Positions 24,532-64,000 of a stretch of DNA of 64,000 bases are shown here, piece after piece; positions within the stretch are counted from its first letter, which is position 1; each line of letters begins with the position of its first letter. A program made the position numbers and the translations under genes. A model generated the notes under the pieces. That model had not been told where the DNA came from and did not search any database. It saw only the letters and a program-made list of their open reading frames with translations. Source of the stretch: Balanoglossus misakiensis (taxonomy: Eukaryota; Animalia; Hemichordata); the NCBI GenBank assembly GCA_040954595.2, contig CM082586.2:1865124-1929123 (forward strand), read 5' to 3'.

Positions 24532-26094
24532 TTAAATGGGAATGGTTTCTGCCTGGTTTCTTTTTGGCTTGTCCTTCTTGAACTTCTCAAGGACCACTCT
24601 CTCGACTGCACTCAGTGGAAACTCAACCCCCAGAGTCAAGACGACTGCAGACAGATATGACAAAGAAACTACACCAAGATAGAAGTACACCTGTTAAAGG
24701 AATAAACAAAATAGAAAAAAGAAGTGAACATCATCATTAAAAAAGAATTAATAAAACTCTGCAGCAGTATTTTGACAAATTGATGGTCTTAAATCTTAAT
24801 TTACCATGTTCTCATCAGTGTAGTGGTACAAAACCTCCCTGCATGCATTGTGGCTTTCTATGATGACAGGATGAATGAGGTAGACGCAATATGTCAGTCT
24901 GGACAAAGGAATCCATATCTTCCATGACAAGAAGTGATTTATTGCACCTGTGAATGAAAGATGTGTGTGATGACATGACATCAATTAGGTCTGACAGTAC
25001 TTGAGAAAAGAAAATATAGTTGGGTTGCCATAAAACAAAATAATAAATTTCTATCACCATAGAGGGCGCTTGTCACACCCATTCTCACCTGCGTATCCAT
25101 GGTGACACGCAAAGATGACCCATGCCACTGCCACACTGAACGTAAATTTGCTGAGTGTGATGTACAGCACAGAGACTGCTTGTGGAAACAACGTTCCTTG
25201 ATATGTCGGATACAAACCCAGGACGATAGCCAGGCCCATAGCAACGGAGAGACACCAGAGTACAACAGTTATACACTAAGACAAAACAAACAATAAAGTT
25301 GATGCGGTTATTCTTAACTACCCTGTACCATCTGATATCCTTGCTGGGTTTACTGTTATAAGGAATACAGTCGAAAATTATGGCAACTAATAATGAATAA
25401 ACCATACATCAATCTGAATATCAGGGTTGGAACTTGGAGTTTGAGAAAAATAAACTGATTCGTATATGCTTTGCACTTACTCGGTCTATCTTAATAGTCT
25501 TTCCATCTGTCCTGTAGAAAAGAAAACCTAGCAGAATCCCAACAATGTAAGCCTGTATGCGATAGTACGGTTTGTCGTACAGCCAGCCGCCAATGGGATT
25601 ATAGATAAACTGATCACTGTATGGTCTGGTGTAAAATGTATAAACATGTCTTGATTAGCGTTTACTTATATGTGATGTTTCGAGACAAGATGCACACATC
25701 CTTGTTGCAATATGGAAACTGAAATCAGAAAACAAAATATGCAGACTGGAGCAAATAATGAATATAAGAAGACAACTCACTTGCTGGTCAGATCAGGACT
25801 GAGACCGACAATGCTGCTTATAGCAGAAGCTGCTGCAAACGATAAAATCAAGACTCCGATGAGAACGCCAACACCCAATTTCCAGCGTCTAAGGAATAGA
25901 TTTTTGGATTGATAAAATAAACAAAATGATCAGCAGAAAACACATGGCAACCCTGCTTACAGATCGACAGAGAATTATAAAAAAAAAGGTTTGTGACATA
26001 CCTGTGAAGAAGGCAAAGAAATATCGGTGTGATCATATGAAATTGCATGTCTAGTGCTAGGTACCACGCCCATGGCATACACTGTTGAGAGAAT

Positions 26095-26144
<50 letters not shown>

Positions 26145-28758
26145 TTACAACAGTAACACAAGTATAACAAATATGATATACTTTATGATGTTCCTCTCTA
26201 CATCACTCAGTATCATTTCTTTGAATATTTTCAATATTTGTACTTGCCTGATTGGTATAATACCAGAAATTATTAATATACAGCAAGTTGCTCCAGAAGT
26301 ACTCATGACAGAGATCTGTCTTCCTCTGCAAATAATGCCACCTTGGACCTGTGCCAGTGTGAATAATTAAGGTCGTCCATAGCAACAGCACAAACATGTA
26401 AACAGGTGTCAGTCGCCAGTAGCGATGGAACAAAAACAACGCCCAGTTGAGTTTGCCACTTGAGTTGTTTAGATGCTTCAGTGTCAGATATGCCACTAAC
26501 ATGCCACTGGTTGAGAGAAAGGATAACAGAGTTACATGACATAGGATTAAACCTATTAAGACTGTGATTGAACTCATACTTCCATACACTTTGTCATTTA
26601 TATCTACGTATGGTGGAAATGTGTGTAAAGTTTATCACCCCCAGAATGAACTGACTTCAATCCAAAAATCAGCAATTTAGTCCCAAATATGGCACGAAAG
26701 TCTTACCCGATAACGAAGAATGTATCGACCGCCAGATATCCATTGAGATATATCTGTGCAGACCATCTCTTCAGAACAACATTCAATATATAGTATGGAT
26801 TATCTATGACCAGGAAAAGAAAAAATACAGAAAAGGGTGATGTCGCTTAGTCCAGTTTGAAAAAAAAGTTATTGTTGACTAGTATCTGTAGTGCACAGTA
26901 CATGAAGCATGGTGAAGACAACATGACCATAATAAACACCAAAAACAAAGTTTACAAAATACACAAACATGACAATAAACAGCTACATCGCCCGGCTTTT
27001 AAAAATCAACATAACACTGGAAATGAGGTGATATTTACCAGGAAAGTATCGCCCGGTGTACTGGTAGGTATGTCCAAGAATGATCCAGAGACAGCTGATG
27101 ACACGAATACCATGGAGACATGTTATGGTGCCTGGACGCTGGGAAAGATTACACCATCTTTTGTAGTTCTTGTACACAGAGAATACCAAGAAGATTTCAA
27201 GCAAGGTACCTGCAAGAAAAATAAAACTGTAAAGGCCAAATGAACATGGACTAATGGACATATTCACAGACCTTTAAGGGGTGACGATTGTCTTATGCGA
27301 ATGTGCCAAACCAGAGACTCTGGTAATGATCGTCGGCCTTTAAGATGCTGCATGGAAAGTCACAAGTGCCCCCAACGTACTTTGACAATTTTTCCTGGTT
27401 TGTCGATTCTGACTGTGTTTAGCCACATGTCCACCTGTATCTCCGTTGTCATTATTGATCCCTCTGCTCCTCTTAATCTTGTGACGGTGCAATAACCATG
27501 CATCATAGAGTGTTGCGGCCGTCAGCGTCACACCAAGCATCACACAAATGCATCTGCATAAATTGTAAGAAAGGGATGTACCATATGCAAGACAAGATGA
27601 CAGCATTGCAATAGAAAACACAAGTCTTCTATCTAAGCTTACTTGTTAAAAAACACTAATGCATAAAACTTACATGGCTAATATGGCTCCCGTGGATAGA
27701 GGTATAGGTTTAGTACAATGAACAGTGGAATTACCAGATGAGACGTCAGCTGCCATGGAAGCTGTAAATGCAATAATTCCATAAATTGTAATATATGAAC
27801 AGACCTTAAACTTTACATGGCAAGCTCAAGCCATTGGTTTCATTGATATAGAAAGTATAATCCCATGCTTCATCCTATAGAAGTGCACCTTGAAAAACGA
27901 TATTTTTTAAATTATAACACTACCTTGCGTTACTATGATGGCGACTTCAGCATCACTGCACGTGTTCGGAAAACATACTCCCAACTCTACTCGTTTCTGA
28001 AACAGGAAAAGAGGATGCATTGGAAAAGACTGATAAATCTTTGATCAATTATGCTCACAATGTTTTGGCATACATACCAAATTCATACCTTTTCTTTTGA
28101 CACCATCGTTGCCAGACAATACTGGGATGAAAACAACCTTCCCTCAGACACAGGGTTGGCATAGCGACAGAGTCCAAAATTTCCAAGGAATTTGTAACTC
28201 CTGGTGAATTCAGCTTCCAGTTGTATTGTCCCATAAGCATAGTACACTGGAAACATTCAAAGGAATAGAAAAGTAATGTTTTAGACAAGACAAGTTTACA
28301 AGGTTGTGAATGTGGGTCAAGATATTGATAGCTCTCTGTCACCACCATAACAACAAATTCTCAATCAACAGGCACACATTGCTACATTGTATTGGAACAC
28401 CATAGAGTGCCATGCATAAGTTTGATCAAGTTCTGAAATAATACCTTATTCATTTTCTAACTGTCATGATATACTCACTCTGTCGGGCATAATCTTTGCC
28501 TTCATTGAAATCTTCCACGGATACAGCGGTGTCATTGTAACACCGATCGGTCAGGTCACAGGAACGACCACGGCATTCAGGTTTGTGGAGGACAGTCAAG
28601 ACACTCGGAACTTGCTGTGCAATACTGGAGAGGGCGTCAAAACTGATCCTGCTTTGATTACCAGAGAGTGACGTCTCTCCATTCGCTTGACACAGTCCAC
28701 CAAAGACGCAAAATAGGCAGAAAATCTTACTTATTTTCCTCGGCATTACCAGATCCAT
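24532..28758 (-). CDS. Nose resistant to fluoxetine-6 (NRF-6)/OACYL-like O-acyltransferase (NRF domain + Acyl_transf_3), ~706 aa
   Basis: Fourteen phase-consistent exons: 28758-28479, 28246-28089, 27996-27924, 27761-27674, 27553-27381, 27209-27039, 26803-26707, 26506-26248, 26081-26002, 25888-25781, 25625-25481, 25275-25089, 24947-24805, 24690-24532. Signal peptide; NRF-domain motifs LGNF..C, QYC, LGVCFPNTCS; family motifs LHGIRVIS..WIILGH, VDTFF, HRYWRLTP, WYLALDMQF, YDKPY.RI, PLSRLTY..YL.H, VEFP. Confidence 0.9.
26094..26144. repeat. (ATC)n/(GAT)n trinucleotide microsatellite, ~17 units, intronic
   Basis: Uninterrupted atcatcatc run inside the NRF-6 intron 26247-26082. Confidence 0.97.
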
Positions 28759-30009
28759 AATCTTTCACTTGTCCAGCAAGCGAGAGAACAGTGCCTTTGA
28801 TAATATAAGTTGGACCTTTCTCATGCAAAACTTGACCTCCTTTTGCATTGAGGATTGACCCTGGTCCTCTGTTAGTAAAAGTGATTCATACATACGTACG
28901 TATGTATGCATGTAAGTGTGTGTATGTGAAAGATCTTCAGCCTAAGTTTCAGCTGAAGACTTCCAGCATCTTGCAAACTTTCTTGAAGTTTGGCAATACT
29001 GCAGGTATATTTGTCACCCACGTTTAAAGTCTGTATTTTGAACACAGTGGGATGTTTGTGTGCTAGCTGCTTGCTAACTGTTCTGAGTAAAATTCACGAG
29101 AGGACACTGGTTAATTATTCATATTTATTCGGCCAATCCTACACTACACATTTACATTGCAATATTCAGGAGTTTAGATGAATCCAAAATAAGTGCATCT
29201 TAATTTACCAGTGATCTTCATCATCAATGACATGCATCTTCCACGATTGGTAAATTCATCAATATCATTAAACATTAAAATATTACAGGGGGTATTTTAT
29301 ATTTTTTGGATACAAAAAGAATATTGCGGCAACTGACTCGACTGGAGGTATAAAAGAAGCACCAAAGTTGAATCCGCTAGTCTTATCATGCCTCTTAAAG
29401 ATTGAGACTTGTGACCTGTCTGAATACCAAAAATTTCACCGATTATCAATTCTATTTTTACATATATATGACTGCTACAAAAATGCTTGATTATAATCTA
29501 CTAAACTAATCTTTTTCAAAGACTTCATCACAACCCCATTGCTACAGACATTTCTCAACAAAAATGAAAAAGAACGAAATAACAGAATCACATTCAAATT
29601 ATCTCCTGAAAAAAGTATTAATCTGAACTATTTCTACCAATTCACCCTCTTTGATAAGATTTCTCTCTGAACATTCATGATTATTTTTTAAGTACCAAAA
29701 GATTTGGTTGTACATAGCCCACTAATAAACAGATAAGATCCAATTTTTTGGTGAGTTTCCCAACCTTATCCTTCTGTGTATAATTTGATTTCTTACATAG
29801 GTCCATAAGCTGTAACTTGTTCGTTTAGAAAAACACCGTCAAAGTTACAGCTAGTGGCCCTTGAATTTCGGTGTCTACTAAAAATTATTCTCTACTGCTG
29901 ACAATGCATTTCTGCTGCACATCAGCCTACCAAGCAGCTGTTTTTCCAATAGCTTCCCGGGAAAGTCAGCCAGACACACACTTCCCCATGTGCATAGTCT
30001 TGTTTCTTT

Positions 30010-59632
<29,623 letters not shown>

Positions 59633-59700
59633 CTGTGATAGAGAGAGAGAGAGAGAAAAAAGTTGAAAATTTGTGGTTGACATGGCTTTGAAATTGCTAT

Positions 59701-59750
59701 GAAACCTGCATTAGTGGCCACCTCTATTTTGTGGCCACCTCTCTATACTG
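59701..59750. repeat. Short direct repeat GTGGCCACCTCT x2, possible DNA-transposon end fragment
   Basis: gaaacctgcattaGTGGCCACCTCTattttGTGGCCACCTCTct. Confidence 0.4.
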
Positions 59751-59920
59751 TAAGCATGTCACATATGCACTGTGGTCTGAAAGACAGAATAGATACACAT
59801 AGGATATAGGCCAGCTTCTACTTATTTGGTTCATGCATTTTACTTAGCTGATGACAGGGATGAGATTGGGAGAGAAAGCACGGGGAGGAGGAGGAGTGAA
59901 GATTTACTTTTTGAGGAGAG

Positions 59921-59995
59921 CAGTGTGCCCTCTAAGCCCATATGACATGCCACTGACTGACTGAACAAACTCACTGCTGTTTAGAGGGCACACTG
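59921..59995. repeat. 75-bp element with perfect 15-bp terminal inverted repeats (possible hAT-like MITE remnant)
   Basis: CAGTGTGCCCTCTAA (59921-59935) and TTAGAGGGCACACTG (59981-59995). The 8-bp flanks GAGGAGAG and GAGGGGAC match at 6/8. Confidence 0.55.
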
Positions 59996-62900
59996 GAGGG
60001 GACTGTACTTTTAGAATGACTAAACCATAACTACCCCATGCATTCATTGCCGAACTCCCCCATTGCAAGCCATAATCCTGAAGACATAAACAAAATGCAC
60101 CAATCCACTCAATTCATCTGACACACACAAGTACACCATATAGGCAAAAGTACAAAAACTCCAGACAGATTTTTTTTTTCACTCACAAAAGAAACACTTG
60201 AGGAGATTAAACCTACTACGAGCAATATAGTCACCTGCAAATTAACCTCTGAACTCTATTCCCCTTTTAGATGGGGCTTAATCTCAAACACTCCCAGATT
60301 CATTCATTTAATAGTGGATGGCGAAACATTGAGTCACCTTTCGCTATTGGCATACTTTGTGCGGTAACACTGTGTCAAAGCCCTGACTGAAAGCCTGACG
60401 TGAGTTCAACGGAAAAAGTAGAACGAATCTGACGCCATCTCCGGCACTTTTGCAAACACTGGAGAAGTTTAACACAGCAGTTATGACTGTCTTGCTCTAG
60501 GCCATCGATATACAAGATGTATGTATCAATATGTTGGCTTTATGCTTGCTTACATTGTTTGTGCATGTGGTTGGTTTTTGGCCAGAACTCAATCTAGAAA
60601 ATACAACAGTAGGTCTATATAATAAACACATACGCACATACAATTTCATAGATGTAACTTTATTTTCGCTGAGTTTAACAGAACTTGTAGAATAAGAAGT
60701 AGGGTAGCTAAAAAACGACTGCATGAATTGAACAATCGATCACGCAACTGTGGTATAAAAAAGTCTGTGCCGTTGACTAGAATGAGAGACTTTAATGTGA
60801 ACAGCGAAAATCTCCTGAGATACGAGGTCAAGGAAGGTCACGGCAGAGTTGCACACAAAGAGATGTCTGGAGGCCATAATATTTACAAAGACGAAACATA
60901 TTCATTCAACGAACATGTTCATTCGAAGGGGTGCAACCACGCCTCTAGTGTTGTCGCCACAAAAACCGCAAAAAAAAGAACTTCAGGTTGGTAAATATCT
61001 CATAGAGATGTCTGCCTGTGATCTGTGATCCCGTCTTGGGTAACCTCATGACCTCTACAAATAATAAGGTGCTGTTTTTGATGACGTGTGGGATTGTTAA
61101 AAACAATAGCCCGTCTATCAGGCTGACCAATGATTCTCATTTATAAAAACGGCCACATGTCGTGTCACATCAAACCGCAAGTCTGTAAATGTACCCATAT
61201 TTAAAAAGTAAACTTTAATGAGAAATTCCAAATATTGCCAGAAAACAATACAGTACACATTTTATAACAAAGGAGAAGCGAGATTACATCGTTTAATTTC
61301 AAGATAGTGCTTCTAGACTGCCAGTTAAGCAACACCCCGAAAATATAGTCAGAGTCTCAGTATATGGAATCTGTAGGATTCAAATTGTATGTATGTGTGT
61401 TGACTTCAGAAAATAAACTTTGATATCCCGCAAGTGCCTGGTTTTATTTGAGCATGCTTGTTTTTACTTCTTTTATATAACAGTATGTGTCATCAGACAT
61501 TGCAAAGAAAAGCAACGGCCCACCTGTGTAAACATAAGCGGAGTAACAACCAACCTATCCACCTCTCAAGTGTTTCTATTGTGGAGAAATATTGACAGGC
61601 CTCGCGGTTAATTCACCATCACCCCTTGAATCAGAGTGAAAGGGTCTTTCCAATAGGAGAGAATGATGGGGGCTATTCCATTGTGAAGTCAGTGTAGGGT
61701 AGTACAGCTGCGTCATATGAATCATGACTGCGCATTCATGTCTGCACACTCTGTCTTCCCCCAATCAATAGTCAGTAAAAGGCTATTTCTGGACCATCAC
61801 GGTTCACCGCAAATATTTTGATACATTTCAACACAAACGCCAATAATGACTTCATTTTGTCACGGACAATGATGTCTTCCAGCGAAATTACTGCGAGTTT
61901 TACCCGCCAGTTTACAGAAGACAAACACAAAACATGTTTAAAAGTCTTCATCCCCCTGATCTCAGTAACACTAACAAAGTTCTGGTTACAACTTCTGACA
62001 ATTTAGAGATTCAAACAACCATCTTGAACGCCCACAGATATTATAGTTTTGTGGTAACTTTATTAGCATCTGCAGAAGTCATAGTCCTGCCACCGAGATT
62101 CAACCGATTGCAACCAACTTCCACAATCATGTATCAACATGGCTGCCATCTTCATCAACCAGTGACAAATGCCAAGCTGATCTCTGCTTGGTGAAACGCT
62201 AACCAGCCATTCCGGTAGAAACCTATTAGTATTAACAGGAACCATTTTAGCCACCCAGGCTGAGTTATCTTTCCAATTTGCCTCAATTTGTTAGAGTCAG
62301 TGATGCCAGCTAATTGCCTTACACAATACGAATACAACTCTAAGCAATCTTACAAGGACATTTTATAGGTGTGCCACAGAAATTGGCTCCTACACAAAAC
62401 AACGTGTCTTTTCTCAATCCTGGCTCCTGACTATTCTATTTTCTCAAACATGGTTTTATTCTTGCATATTTTCCTGGTGGCACTTTCATATTTCAAGATA
62501 AATCAGACAAAAATCAAGGTTTATCAAATTTTGATAAACTCATACGCATCAGTATATATCTGTGGGAAATTACATCATTTCTGTGCCGTTTAAAGCTCAT
62601 ATAAACACGGGCAATATGACAAATTTAAATTTACGTAACAATTATTTCTTTTGTTCTAGTTATGCGTGTGTGCTATTGGATTGGTTTTTCACATTCCCCT
62701 TTCCAAGCTCTTGAATTCTAAAAATAACAACAGTGCATCACAATACTTGTTATTTTTAGGTGTTTTTGTTTATCCACATTCCTGGAGCTACTCAAGCTGT
62801 AACAATCAGAGATACCCAAACAAGTTTCAGAGTTGCGGCAAGCCTGAGCAATCCCACAGGAACTTAAGGAGGGTCGTCACATCATGACTAACAAGGAGAC

Positions 62901-64000
62901 TGCACACGACCAGTTTGACAAAAACAAATCTCATTGTAAAAAGACTGGTGTCTTCATTTCTTTTTCTCTCTTTTTCCTCTTTTTATCGTTTGTAATAAAA
63001 CGTTTTCGAGCCAGAGCCCCTGGGGGGTGTGACACTGCACCAAAAGACAGCACTGTTCTCCAGACTCACTTGGCTGGCTGCTAATAAGTGTGCTAATAAA
63101 ACCAAAAAGCCAAGTGGCGGGGTTTAGCCGGAGCTGGTTCTGTTTCATGCTAAATGGTGCATGTAATGACCCCAGTACAATATGTCAGGGCGGTGCGAGA
63201 TTGTCGGCGTGAATGAGCAATAAAGCGACACAAATCGCCGTGGAAAGATCCTCCGTCCGCCCGACATTGAGAACCGTGGAGAACTCTGTGTTTGCGAAAC
63301 AGAAAAAGCAGACAAAGAGACAAACCACCCACAGCCTGTCAGACAGTCCACATAACACTTCTCAGAATTCGATCAACGCGGGTAAACATGCACCCCTATG
63401 CAGAGTATTTTTAGGCAGACTTGCTTCAGTGGACGGCAGAGACAAATCCCTGCCCCAGGACAAACCATTCTCATACAGGGGGATTACATGCCTTAAAACA
63501 ACCAGGGGGGAGAGATCTGAACACTGACAATGGATGCAGACTTGCCAATGAAGCAAAGCCCCCGGTGGCTGCTATGATGCAAATTGAAGCTCTTACTCAT
63601 CTCTCTCAGTATGCGTTTATCTTAGAGCAGTACGCCCAAGAACAATGTGGCTGCATTGCTCCATCAGAACCAACAAGCCCTCCTCTCGACTGAAGTCAAC
63701 AAAATACCCCCATCACACTGCCCCCCCCCCCCTCCCCTACAGTACGACACATCACAAACCAAACTATTCATCCAATATCAGACAAAAGACATATGACTAA
63801 CCTCCTTAAGAATTTTTGTTATCACACAGACAATAAGGAATAAATGGTTCCTTTTCTATGTTGTTTGGGCATTGTATACCAGTTGACTTGGATACAATAG
63901 TTCAATAGCAACAGAAAAGAATACCTTGAGTCCAGACAAAACAATTTACTGAAAACTTCAAATATAGACTAGGAACTTATAAACATTATTTTGTTCATAT

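Noticed and set aside
25848-26144. Poly-Met ORF
   Set aside because: Artefact of translating the intronic (ATG)n microsatellite into an NRF-6 exon.

Overview
This is eukaryotic, intron-containing genomic DNA from an AT-rich invertebrate animal (inferred; the species cannot be fixed from the sequence). The ORF track shows only exon fragments, so I assembled genes by hand from GT-AG splice sites with phase checks. There are seven protein-coding genes. (1) 427-6505 (+): an unnamed ~887-aa type I membrane protein with an EGFR domain-IV/furin-like Cys-rich ectodomain and a long kinase-less Tyr/Pro-rich tail. (2) 9999-14051 (-): a ~493-aa GTSF1/Asterix-family tandem CHHC zinc-finger protein with an unusual eIF2A/PYM-like C-terminal tail. 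(3) 15540-17179 (+): MRNIP, head-to-head with GTSF1. (4) 17724-19193 (+): a hydrophobic protein ending in a CxxC-DH-CxxC HNH-like domain that resembles bacterial polymorphic-toxin tips. (5) 19974-21361 (+): CREBL2. (6) 24532-28758 (-): an NRF-6/acyltransferase-3 gene with a GC-AG intron. (7) 30010 to beyond 59632 (-): the 3' part of CAP (adenylyl cyclase-associated protein), with a 26-kb intron. Also present are a dispersed ~94-bp TTAA-flanked piggyBac-type MITE family and microsatellites. No prokaryotic features, CRISPR arrays, rRNA or tRNA were recognised.
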